A stretch of 64,000 nt of DNA from an uncultured Bacteroidales bacterium (GTDB lineage Bacteria; Bacteroidota; Bacteroidia; Bacteroidales; F082), in the NCBI GenBank assembly GCA_905234455.1, contig CAJOIH010000012.1, positions 5,416 to 69,415 on the forward strand. The letters are read 5' to 3'. Within the stretch, counting starts at the first letter, position 1. Every line of letters begins with the position of its first letter. Under the pieces are notes generated by a model that did no database searches, was not told where the DNA came from, and saw only the letters and a list, made by a program, of their open reading frames with translations. Shown here in pieces: positions 38,288 to 46,681 of the stretch. The position numbers and the translations under genes were made by a program.

Positions 38288-39517
38288 TTAAATTTTTCTG
38301 ATGGCAACGCAGGCGTTGTGGCCGCCGAAGCCGAGTGAGTTGGAGATGGCGATGTCGAGGTTGACTTTGACTGCTTGGTTGGGGGTGTAGTCGAGGTCGC
38401 ATTCCGGATCGGGTTCGTCGAGGCCGATGGTCGGGGGGATGATGCCCGTGTTGAGGGCCATGACGGCTGCCACAAGTTCGATGCCGCCGGCAGCGCCGAG
38501 GGCGTGGCCCATCTCCGACTTGGTGGAGCTGATATGGGCGCGGCGGGCTTCCTGCTCACCCATGGCGATCTTGATGGCGCGGGTCTCGCCGCTGTCGTTC
38601 ATCGGGGTGCCTGTGCCGTGGGCGTTGATGTAAAGGTTCTCGCCGGCCTTATAGCCTGCTTCGTCGAGGGCTTGTTTGATGGCCAGACTCTGGGTAGTGC
38701 CATCCGGACGCGGGGCGGTGCTGTGGTAAGCGTCGCAGCTGTTGCCGTAGCCGCATACCTCGGCGTAGATCTTGGCGCCGCGTTGTTTGGCGTGTTCGTA
38801 TTCCTCGAGCAGCATGATGCCAGCGCCTTCGGCAATGACGAAGCCAGCGCGGTTCTTGTTGAACGGCAGGGAGGCGTGCAGGGGATCCTCGGCTTTGGTG
38901 AGGGCCTTGCAGTTGGCGAAGCCGCCGATGGAGACCGGGTTGATGCCTGCCTCGCAGCCGCCGGTGATGATGGCGTCAGCATAGCCGTGCTTGATGGCGC
39001 GGTAAGCCTCGCCGATGCTGTGGGTACCCGTGGCGCAAGCGGTCACGATGGGCACACAGGGGCCTTGGGCGTTGTAGCGGATGGCCACGCTGCCTGAGGC
39101 CATATTGCCGATCATGGTGGGGATCATCAGGGGCGAGATCCAGCGTGCGCCTTCGTCATGGTAACGGATAACGCCGCCCATGATGGTGTCGAAGCCGCCG
39201 ATGCCTGAGCCAATGTAGACGCCCAGTCGGCTGGGATCCATCTGCAGGTCTTCATTACCTTGCATGGCTTGCGCGGCCGCGGCCATGGCATACACGGCGA
39301 AACGGTCGTTGCGTTTCACGAAGCCCTTGTCGACGCCCGCCGCGATAGGGTCGAAGTTCTTCAACTCGCCGGCGATCTTCACCGGAAGGTCGGTGGTATC
39401 GAAGGAGGTGATGGGCGCAATGCCGCATACTCCATTAATAAAACTATTCCAAGTGGTTTCGAGGTCGTTGCCTACGGGCGAAACGACACCCATACCTGTT
39501 ACTACTACTCTTCTCAT
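38288..39517 (-). CDS. fabF: Beta-ketoacyl-[ACP] synthase II
   Basis: MRRVVVTGMGVVSP start, chosen over the longer ORF start at 39562. Cys-His-His triad motifs ACATGTHSIG, HGTGTP and GHALGAAG. Confidence 0.9.
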   Translation of the reverse strand: MRRVVVTGMGVVSPVGNDLETTWNSFINGVCGIAPITSFDTTDLPVKIAGELKNFDPIAAGVDKGFVKRNDRFAVYAMAAAAQAMQGNEDLQMDPSRLGVYIGSGIGGFDTIMGGVIRYHDEGARWISPLMIPTMIGNMASGSVAIRYNAQGPCVPIVTACATGTHSIGEAYRAIKHGYADAIITGGCEAGINPVSIGGFANCKALTKAEDPLHASLPFNKNRAGFVIAEGAGIMLLEEYEHAKQRGAKIYAEVCGYGNSCDAYHSTAPRPDGTTQSLAIKQALDEAGYKAGENLYINAHGTGTPMNDSGETRAIKIAMGEQEARRAHISSTKSEMGHALGAAGGIELVAAVMALNTGIIPPTIGLDEPDPECDLDYTPNQAVKVNLDIAISNSLGFGGHNACVAIRKI

Positions 39518-39518
39518 A

Positions 39519-40469
39519 TCATTCCCATTCCCAGAGGCAGGCGGCCGACACGAAGCCGGCACCGAAAGCGCTCATCACGATTTTATCACCTTTTTTGATT
39601 TTGTTTTCTGCGATCATCTCGTCGAGGAGGATCGGGATGCTGGCCGAAGAGGTGTTGCCATACTTCTCGATGTTGGTCGGGAACTTTTCCTCAGGCTGGC
39701 CCAGGATGGAGCGGATGCCCTCGATGATGCGTTTGTTGGCCTGGTGCAGCAGGTAGTACTTCACGTCGGAGGCGTCCACCTTTTCTTCGTCGAGCACCTT
39801 TTGCACGTCTTTGGCAGATTCCGACACGGCGGTACGGAAGAGGTCCTTGCCTTTCATCATGAGGGGCTGGCCTTCCACCTGTTTCTGCTCGAAGGGGGTC
39901 TTCTCCATGTGGCGCTCGTAGTAAAGCACGTCGCGGTCGGAGATCATGGTAAGGTGCACGTCCTTGAAGGCGTTGCCTGGACCGAGCACCACGGCGCCGG
40001 CACCATCGCCAAAGAGGATGCTGGTGTCGCGTTCTTTCCAGTTGCAGTATTTCGAAGGCTCTTCAGCGCACACAATTAATACGTATTTGGCACGACCGGC
40101 TTTCATCATGTCGTCGGCGAGCATCAAGGCGTTGACGAAGCCGGCGCAGGCCACGTTGATGTCGAGGCCCGGGCAGGTGACGCCGATGCGTTTTTGAATG
40201 ATGCAACTCAAGCCAGGGGTGATATGTTCGTTGGCCACATTAGAGACCAAGAGGAAGTCGATCTGGTCGGGGGTCAGGCCTGAGGCGCTGATGGCCTTGT
40301 TGGCGGCTTCCACTGCCAGGTCGTAGAGGGTTTCGTTCGAGAGAAGGTGACGGGTTTTGATGCCCGTACGGGTCGATATCCAAGCATCGCTGGTATCCAA
40401 AAAGGTGGCGAGATCGTCGTTACTCACCGTGAGCGACGGTAGGGCGCTTCCTGTTCCAATGACTTTCAT
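39519..40469 (-). CDS. fabH: Beta-ketoacyl-[ACP] synthase III
   Basis: MKVIGTGSALP start, chosen over the longer ORF start at 40613. Cys-His-Asn motifs VACAGF, LLHQAN and GNTSSASIP. Confidence 0.88.
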   Translation of the reverse strand: MKVIGTGSALPSLTVSNDDLATFLDTSDAWISTRTGIKTRHLLSNETLYDLAVEAANKAISASGLTPDQIDFLLVSNVANEHITPGLSCIIQKRIGVTCPGLDINVACAGFVNALMLADDMMKAGRAKYVLIVCAEEPSKYCNWKERDTSILFGDGAGAVVLGPGNAFKDVHLTMISDRDVLYYERHMEKTPFEQKQVEGQPLMMKGKDLFRTAVSESAKDVQKVLDEEKVDASDVKYYLLHQANKRIIEGIRSILGQPEEKFPTNIEKYGNTSSASIPILLDEMIAENKIKKGDKIVMSAFGAGFVSAACLWEWE

Positions 40470-40479
40470 AATCTCGCTG

Positions 40480-40487
40480 CAAAAGTA
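40480..40487 (-). promoter_or_regulatory. Bacteroidota -7 promoter box (TActTTTG on minus strand) for the fab operon
   Basis: The reverse complement of caaaagta is TActTTTG, 11 nt upstream of the fabH ATG. Confidence 0.45.
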
Positions 40488-40552
40488 ATGGGGTCCGGGC
40501 TCACCGAAGTAAAAAGGTGGCCTTCCCGGGCAAAATGTGGCGAAAAAGGGCG

Positions 40553-40631
40553 TTTTGGGACGAAATACCCCGTTTTTAGGGACGAAAATCGGGTGGTTTT
40601 CAGAAAAAACCACCCGATTTAGGGACGAAAA
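40553..40631 (-). repeat. Three direct copies of a GGGACGAAA-containing ~15-20-nt motif upstream of the fab promoter
   Basis: Plus strand reads ttttGGGACGAAAta (40553-40567), tttaGGGACGAAAa (40575-40588) and tttaGGGACGAAAa (40618-31). Copies 2 and 3 flank the terminator hairpin. Confidence 0.6.
40588..40618 (-). terminator. Rho-independent terminator after the OMP gene at 40644-43085
   Basis: 12-bp perfect stem atcgggtggttt / aaaccacccgat around a short loop, followed on the minus strand by TTTT. Confidence 0.7.
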
Positions 40632-40643
40632 ACGTGAATTTTG

Positions 40644-43085
40644 TTACATTCCGCCCATGCCTTGAGGAGCGCCTTGTGAGTCGTCGGCACCTTGTTTGGC
40701 CATCTGTTCGAGTTCCATCTTACCGAAGCGGAAGGTCACACCGACTGAGACGCTACGGCTGTTGTACTTGGAGTTGGAGGTGGAATTCACGTAAGGGCTG
40801 TAGTTGCTCTCACCCCAGCCGTTCCAGTTGAAGATGTCGTTGGCGTTGATAAAGACTGACATCTTACGGTCGAAGAAGTCGGCCTTTAAGCCAGCGTTGA
40901 TGCCATAACGGGCATGCCAATCGCTGAATAGCATTTGGGTCGGCGAGCTGTAATAGCCCGAAGCCGTCACCTCAATCTTGTTCCAAAGCTTGGCCCAGAG
41001 GTTCAGGTTGAAGCTGTAGGACCAGGCGTTTCGCGTCACAGGAACACCATCGAACACCGTCTCGTAATAGGAATTGTATAGGTTGGCATAAAAACGAAGG
41101 TTGAAGAAGCCATTCGGACGATACATCATATTGTAAGAGAAGCCCAACTGATGGCTCTTGCCCACGTTGACGGGATAGGTATAAGGCACCACACGGCCGT
41201 ACAGCCAGATCAAGGTACTGTCGGACAGCTGAATCTCATTGACCTCGTTGGTCTTACCACGATAGTAGGCTGAGAGACCTACAGAGCCGAAGTCATTCCA
41301 GTACTTGGTCCAACCGGCTTCGATCGAATTGGTATAGATGCGCTCCAGATCGGGATTGCCGGTGCTGTATTCATCGGTATGATAGATCGGGAAACGGCTC
41401 AGCTCCTCCGCATCGGGAGCGGCGATACGGCGTGTATAGCTCAGGTTGAAGTTGTGCATCGACTTGGTGCGGTACGACAGGTGGATGGAGGGTCTCAGAC
41501 TGAAGAAATGCCTATTGAAGTTGTACTGGGTAGAATCAGGATAATTGCCACCCACCAACTCACTGCAGAAACGAAGGCCAGGCTTCACGGTGAAACCGCC
41601 GAACTTGTGCTGCCAAGTAATGAAAGCCTCATTGGAAAGGTTGGTGAATTTAGCGTGATAAGAACGGTAGACATCGTTCACCTCCACGTTATTGATGATG
41701 GAATCGGTTTTCAGATACCTGTTTTCAGGATTATAGCTTGAGTTGATTCCCATGGAGATCTCGCCGTTTTCGGAATAAGGAAGGGTATAGATGACCTCGC
41801 CCTCTACGCCCATGGAGCTATAGTAGCTATCCTGTTTCACCCTGTGGGTAAGGACATTAGGCAAGGTGAAATTCCGCTCCACATCGCCGCCGTTGCCTCC
41901 GCCCCAGCCCATGCCGTCGATGCTGACGGAGAGGTTGTGACCACGGTTGTTAAATTTATGCTGGTAATACAACCCACCGTTGGCGAAATAGTTGCGGTTC
42001 CATGCATACACGCTTTCGGCGAAAGCCGTGGTCACGGTGTCGCCTGGCAAGAAATCCTGACGGAACATGGAGGTGTTGTTGGTGTTCTTGCCCCAGTTGG
42101 GCCAGCCGCTGATCCAGAAATTCAGGCTGTTGGCCGTGTCGATCTCATAATCGATGCTGAAGTAACCACCAGTATTGTAACTTCTATTACTATAGACAGA
42201 GGTGTCGACCTCATGGTTGGCAGGTATCCCAGGCTGGTTGAAAAGCGTCTGCTCGGAAACCATATTGCCTTTCCAGATGGAGTAGCCACCGTTGATATAG
42301 GCATTGATGGTCAGCTTGTCGTTCGACCACACATACGACACCCAAGGCGAGACGGATGGCCTAGTGGAGCCGTTGACGCCGAAGCTAAAGAACTCGTTTT
42401 TCTGCACCTTAGCGTTGGTGACGATGTTGATGATGCCATCAGCCTTAGAACCGTAACGTGCCGAGGGGTTGGTGATGACCTCCACATGGTCGACGCTGTT
42501 GGCCGGCATGGTTTGGATATAGGTCTTGAGGTTTTCGGCGGTCATGTGCGAAGGCTTGTCGTTGATCCACACCTCCACGCTCGAGGTGCCACGCAGGGTG
42601 ATGTTACCTTCCACGTCGACCTGAACGCCAGGGGAATTCTGAAGGACGTCAGACAAGGTCCCCGTCTGAATGCTCGGGTCTTCCGCCGTATTATACATGG
42701 TCTTCTCCCCTTCCACCGCAAACAGCGGGCGTTTCTCAGAAATGACCACCTCGTCGAGCTTCAAGGTGCCTGCCTTGAGTTTCAGGGTGCCCACGTTCAT
42801 GTCACCTTTGACCTCCACTGGCATCTGGAAAAGTTCGTAACCGATGGCCGACACTTTCAAGGTCATCTCCCCTTTGGGAGCGCCTTGCAAGGTGAATACA
42901 CCTTTGTCGTCAGAGGCAGCGCCACACACGAACACGCTGTCCGACACACGGAACAGGCCCACGTTGACGAAAGGCACACCCTCGTTGGTGGCTTCATCGA
43001 TGATTTTTCCGGAGACTTTGCTTTGGGCTGAAGCCGTTAACACGGCGATCAAAGCGATGATGAAAGAAAGGAGTAGCTTTTTCAT
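40644..43085 (-). CDS. Outer-membrane beta-barrel family protein (CarboxypepD_reg + plug-like + OMP_b-brl_3-type barrel), copy 1
   Basis: Signal peptide. SGKIIDEATNEGVPFVNVGLF...KGVFTL (CarboxypepD_reg). NSVDHVEVITNPSARYG (plug-like). Long beta-barrel with a charged C-terminal tail. Confidence 0.8.
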   Translation of the reverse strand: MKKLLLSFIIALIAVLTASAQSKVSGKIIDEATNEGVPFVNVGLFRVSDSVFVCGAASDDKGVFTLQGAPKGEMTLKVSAIGYELFQMPVEVKGDMNVGTLKLKAGTLKLDEVVISEKRPLFAVEGEKTMYNTAEDPSIQTGTLSDVLQNSPGVQVDVEGNITLRGTSSVEVWINDKPSHMTAENLKTYIQTMPANSVDHVEVITNPSARYGSKADGIINIVTNAKVQKNEFFSFGVNGSTRPSVSPWVSYVWSNDKLTINAYINGGYSIWKGNMVSEQTLFNQPGIPANHEVDTSVYSNRSYNTGGYFSIDYEIDTANSLNFWISGWPNWGKNTNNTSMFRQDFLPGDTVTTAFAESVYAWNRNYFANGGLYYQHKFNNRGHNLSVSIDGMGWGGGNGGDVERNFTLPNVLTHRVKQDSYYSSMGVEGEVIYTLPYSENGEISMGINSSYNPENRYLKTDSIINNVEVNDVYRSYHAKFTNLSNEAFITWQHKFGGFTVKPGLRFCSELVGGNYPDSTQYNFNRHFFSLRPSIHLSYRTKSMHNFNLSYTRRIAAPDAEELSRFPIYHTDEYSTGNPDLERIYTNSIEAGWTKYWNDFGSVGLSAYYRGKTNEVNEIQLSDSTLIWLYGRVVPYTYPVNVGKSHQLGFSYNMMYRPNGFFNLRFYANLYNSYYETVFDGVPVTRNAWSYSFNLNLWAKLWNKIEVTASGYYSSPTQMLFSDWHARYGINAGLKADFFDRKMSVFINANDIFNWNGWGESNYSPYVNSTSNSKYNSRSVSVGVTFRFGKMELEQMAKQGADDSQGAPQGMGGM

Positions 43086-43181
43086 TTTTCTTAATATTTC
43101 AATGTATTAACTGATAACTATTACTTTTCGTATAGGAACAATCAAATAATCTTTTTAGTGTATTAGTTTACTATCACACTG

Positions 43182-43189
43182 CAAAAGTA
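43182..43189 (-). promoter_or_regulatory. Bacteroidota -7 promoter box (TActTTTG on minus strand) for OMP copy 1
   Basis: The reverse complement of caaaagta. It is preceded on the minus strand by cTTGACAg and lies about 97 nt upstream of the ATG. Confidence 0.4.
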
Positions 43190-43234
43190 CAGCTTTTTTG
43201 ATTGCTGTCAAGAAAAAAATGAAAAAAATTGCAA

Positions 43235-44539
43235 TCATTGCTGGATCAGCGTTTTACAGAAGTCTTCCAATTCTTCCTTTGACGACCATTCCCTCGTGAT
43301 CAGGAATTTGCCGTTATCGATGCCGCACATCACCTGCCAGTCCTGAATGACCACACCATCCATGACAATCGCTGTCCGATGACCTGCGATTTCAGTGGTA
43401 AATCGGTACCAAAGTTGGCGCGCCTCAGAAGTCAGAAACACAAATATCGGTACAGGCTCGGTGTCAGGAAAACTCCGTGGATAGGTACATGTCACATACG
43501 CCACCATGGGTTTGCCGTGCAAAACTGCCGAGCTGATAGCAGGACCTTCTGTTGTGGTCTTCTTCAGCGCATAGAGCCTCATTTGATGTCCAGAATCATT
43601 CTCATTTTTCCAAACATGGTAGCTTTCATTATCCAGTCCTAAATCGAAGCTCGATTCCTTACTCTTCATCACCACCAAAGAATCACTGACATGCCAACCT
43701 TCCATCACAGCAGGGACATCCTCCTCGGCAACAAGCGTGTCGGCATACACTTCCCAAAATTCCAGTTTCCCTTCCGACGAAGCATCATCCGCTGGACGTA
43801 CATAATTCATCGTGTGCCACATCGGAGGCAGTTTCTTATGCGAAGCCACAATCATGTAAGTCCAAACATCAAGGCAGATGAAAGCGACAACCATGGCGAC
43901 GAAGAACCACTTTTGCTTCTTGTTGAAACCGGTTTTCTTGTTTTCTGTAGTCTCTGAAGCTTCTATCTGCTGGATAATCTCGTTGCAAGGTTTGGTCTTA
44001 TGACGTATATCAGCTATTCCCACACTCACAAAAATCGCCAGCATAACACCAAACACCACGAGAAGCGATTCAAAGCTCGGCAGATGATCGTATCCGGCAC
44101 GGAAAAACAATCCGACAGACAGGATTAACATCGGAACGGCACTAAGAATCACAAACACAGCGTATAACACTTTGAAGCTTCGGGCTTGGTTGGAGAGTGT
44201 CAGCAAGTCGTTGTTCTCTAAGGTTTTGACATGCAGTTTTCTCAGCATCCACATCTCAACGGCAAAGCCAACCAAGCAATAGGCCATCCAAAACAGCCTC
44301 AACGAGAGGTTGTTGCCAAAATCCCATTTGATAACCAGCAGGCCTACGAGGACCGCAACCGGATAGAGTATGTATTGTCTCCAACGGTAGCGCATGAAGA
44401 AATCCACGTTGTTCTTAATAGACGATTTCATCAACCTGTCGTTGACGATTTCCTGTTGGTCAAACTGCTCTTTCAGCGTTTCATATTGTTGTTTCAGCTG
44501 CTCAAGCTCGTTCAAGTTATTGTTTTCTTGGTTTTCCAT
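43235..44539 (-). CDS. Membrane protein downstream of ECF sigma factor (putative anti-sigma/sensor)
   Basis: N-terminal coiled coil (LEQLKQQYETLKEQFDQQEIVNDRLM), about 5 TM helices and a ~210-aa extracytoplasmic domain. Its end, HRTAIVMDGVVIQDWQVMCGIDNGKFLITREWSSKEELEDF, resembles the SecD/SecF P1-head pattern. Confidence 0.55.
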   Translation of the reverse strand: MENQENNNLNELEQLKQQYETLKEQFDQQEIVNDRLMKSSIKNNVDFFMRYRWRQYILYPVAVLVGLLVIKWDFGNNLSLRLFWMAYCLVGFAVEMWMLRKLHVKTLENNDLLTLSNQARSFKVLYAVFVILSAVPMLILSVGLFFRAGYDHLPSFESLLVVFGVMLAIFVSVGIADIRHKTKPCNEIIQQIEASETTENKKTGFNKKQKWFFVAMVVAFICLDVWTYMIVASHKKLPPMWHTMNYVRPADDASSEGKLEFWEVYADTLVAEEDVPAVMEGWHVSDSLVVMKSKESSFDLGLDNESYHVWKNENDSGHQMRLYALKKTTTEGPAISSAVLHGKPMVAYVTCTYPRSFPDTEPVPIFVFLTSEARQLWYRFTTEIAGHRTAIVMDGVVIQDWQVMCGIDNGKFLITREWSSKEELEDFCKTLIQQ

Positions 44540-44551
44540 GATGATTCCCTT

Positions 44552-45040
44552 TCATTGTTTTTTCGACATTTGAACCAGTTTTTCCTTGATGCGTGCCAAC
44601 CTTACCCCTACATTATTAGGTGTGATGCCGATAATGGCACCGATTTCATCGTAGGGGATGCCTTCAAGCCAAAGGAGCACGAGGCTTCGGTCAATCAACT
44701 CCAATTGCGAAATGAGATCGTGGAGCTTGCGCACTTGTTGTGTCTTGGGGTCGTCGGCCTCGTAGGGGTCGATATCCACCGTCAGCGGCACCGTCTCGAT
44801 GCGTCGGCGTTCCTTCTTGTCCTGGTTGATGGCGGTGTTGAGTGCCACACGGTAGATCCAAGTGCGGGCGTCGCTGCGGCCCTCGTAGGTGTCGAAGCCC
44901 TTCCAAAGCCGGATCAGGATCTCCTGAAACAGGTCGTCGATTTCGGCCTTGTTGTGCGAGAATAGATAGCACACCGTATAGATGGTCCGCTTGTGCTCCC
45001 GCACCAAAAGTTCAAACTGATGTTCTTTGTCGTTGTTCAT
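44552..45040 (-). CDS. ECF-type RNA polymerase sigma-70 factor
   Basis: Region 2 (DDLFQEILIRLWKGFDTYEG...WIYRVALN) and region 4 HTH (IPYDEIGAIIGITPNNVGVRLARIKEKL). Confidence 0.88.
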   Translation of the reverse strand: MNNDKEHQFELLVREHKRTIYTVCYLFSHNKAEIDDLFQEILIRLWKGFDTYEGRSDARTWIYRVALNTAINQDKKERRRIETVPLTVDIDPYEADDPKTQQVRKLHDLISQLELIDRSLVLLWLEGIPYDEIGAIIGITPNNVGVRLARIKEKLVQMSKKQ

Positions 45041-45078
45041 AATGCGTTATTCGTTGCAACGTTCATCATGTTAGACAA

Positions 45079-45086
45079 CAAAGGTA
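45079..45086 (-). promoter_or_regulatory. Bacteroidota -7 promoter box (TAccTTTG on minus strand) for the sigma factor operon
   Basis: The reverse complement of caaaggta, 39 nt upstream of the ATG at 45040. Confidence 0.4.
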
Positions 45087-45167
45087 AAGATTTATTACAG
45101 GGGTGGAACGATTTTTGAGGTTTTTTTCTTGTTTTGCTCCCAATCATAACTCATTAAACGTCTCATA

Positions 45168-46523
45168 ATGAATAAAATATACATTATTATTATATTATGG
45201 TCGGCACAAAACCTGTCGGCACAAGGTTCACAAAAGACCGTGATCCAAGGCCAACTCGGGGTGGAGAACGTGAACATCAGCGTGCTGAACACCCAGTATG
45301 GCACCAGCACCGATTCGAAAGGACATTATGAACTGTTGCTCTTCGACAAAAGCCAACAAATACACCTTTATTATTCTTGCATCGGGTATCAAGACACCAT
45401 CGTGAGCCTCATGCCTAAGCAACTACAGCGCGACACCCTCAACATCAGCTTCAAGATGCGGAAAACGAACTACAACCTTCAGGAGGTGGGGGTGACGGCC
45501 AGCCGCGATTTCTACCGTACCGGACACAACCGCCACATTGCTGACATTGCGTTCTGGGACAACAAGATGGTGGTGCTCGAGAACAAAACCAAGACCTCGT
45601 CCCTGCATGTCCTGGACCTGAAGGGAAGCGAATTGGCTTCGGCGGATTACGATGTACTCTATGAATCCCTTTTCATCGACGCCTTCGACGACCTCATCCT
45701 CCTCAACCAAGACAGCTGCTTGCAAGTCTATGTCGATGAAAACGAACAACTTCTCTCGGTATCGACTTTCTCAAGGGATCTCTACCGCGACGGACTGGCC
45801 CGGATCCTGTTCGAATTCAATGGTGCCTACATCCTCAAGAGCCGCGTTCATGACCAAGGCGTGTATTACTACAAATACAACCACGGCAAGAGTCAAGACT
45901 ACCTTTACGTATTGAAAGACGACCCTGCGAAAGAGCAACATCCTTTATATAGCTTCTTGGATACCGTCGGCTATCTCATCTGTCAGCAAGCCTTGAACTC
46001 CATCATCTCCGAATATCACCAACAGGTCAGGGAGCAAGAGGGCATCGACGTGATTGATTTGGGCATTTGGGATGGCTATTTGGTCACCTTGGCGCAGACC
46101 CCCGGAATGATTGCCCAAGTGCAAAGCTACTGCCACTTCTTGTCCAAGGAATACCATATTCTTCCCTTGAAATTCAATGACTTCCTACAATTCATTGATT
46201 TGGACACCCGTCGCATCGTGGAGATCAACAAGGAGTTCCAAGTCGCTGCGACAAGGGAGTTGAAAATCCTTTCGGGCGAAGATTACTTCCAACGGGAGTT
46301 CCTCCCCGACGAGGCCACCGGCAAGACTTACGGCCTCTTCATCAAGGACGGCGTGAACTACCTTGGATTATATGACACGAAAAAGGGTACCGTCGTCATG
46401 GGCCAAAAAGCCAGCAAAGGCAGCTACCCTCGGGCCATCAAGGTGCACGGCGGCTATGCCTACAGCGTCTATTTCGACAAAATGCGGAGTCAAGGATTCA
46501 TCAGCAGGGTCAGTCTTGACTGA
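45168..46523 (+). CDS. CarboxypepD_reg-like domain protein of unknown function
   Basis: Signal peptide, then IQGQLGVENVNISVLNTQYGTSTDSKGHYELL...IGYQD (CarboxypepD_reg). The remainder is unassigned. Confidence 0.6.
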   Translation: MNKIYIIIILWSAQNLSAQGSQKTVIQGQLGVENVNISVLNTQYGTSTDSKGHYELLLFDKSQQIHLYYSCIGYQDTIVSLMPKQLQRDTLNISFKMRKTNYNLQEVGVTASRDFYRTGHNRHIADIAFWDNKMVVLENKTKTSSLHVLDLKGSELASADYDVLYESLFIDAFDDLILLNQDSCLQVYVDENEQLLSVSTFSRDLYRDGLARILFEFNGAYILKSRVHDQGVYYYKYNHGKSQDYLYVLKDDPAKEQHPLYSFLDTVGYLICQQALNSIISEYHQQVREQEGIDVIDLGIWDGYLVTLAQTPGMIAQVQSYCHFLSKEYHILPLKFNDFLQFIDLDTRRIVEINKEFQVAATRELKILSGEDYFQREFLPDEATGKTYGLFIKDGVNYLGLYDTKKGTVVMGQKASKGSYPRAIKVHGGYAYSVYFDKMRSQGFISRVSLD

Positions 46524-46681
46524 TTTCCTCGATCATCTTCCATCCAAATCAAATACAAACCAGCTTCCCTTCCACTGAAATCGTATTCGAAAGTATCGCC
46601 ACAAACCGCACTTTCAAACACCTTTTCACCTATTAAATTATAGATGGAGAGGTAACGGATGTTTTCCGCTTCGATGGTCAG
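46490..46681 (-). pseudogene. Out-of-frame T9SS C-terminal sorting domain belonging to the upstream LRR gene
   Basis: The minus-strand frame shifted by one nt relative to the LRR ORF reads LTIEAENIRYLSIYNLIGEKVFESAVCGDTFEYDFSGREAGLYLIWMEDDRGNQSRLTLLMNP. This is the expected continuation of the ...KVYPNPT that ends the LRR ORF. Confidence 0.7.

Noticed and set aside
39518-40613. The longer ORF-track starts for several genes: fabH (40613), fabF (39562), LytM/S41 gene (50354), sppA (63534), LytTR gene (35804), ATPase (50661) and the second small membrane protein (16770).
   Set aside because: The extensions lack similarity to the protein families. They overlap upstream genes, terminators or -7 promoter boxes. 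Internal ATGs give canonical N-termini or signal peptides (MKVIGTGS, MRRVVVTGMG, MKARNLITILFLLLA, MKFSKVLLAAFLG, MKLRKN, MKEYKNRI).
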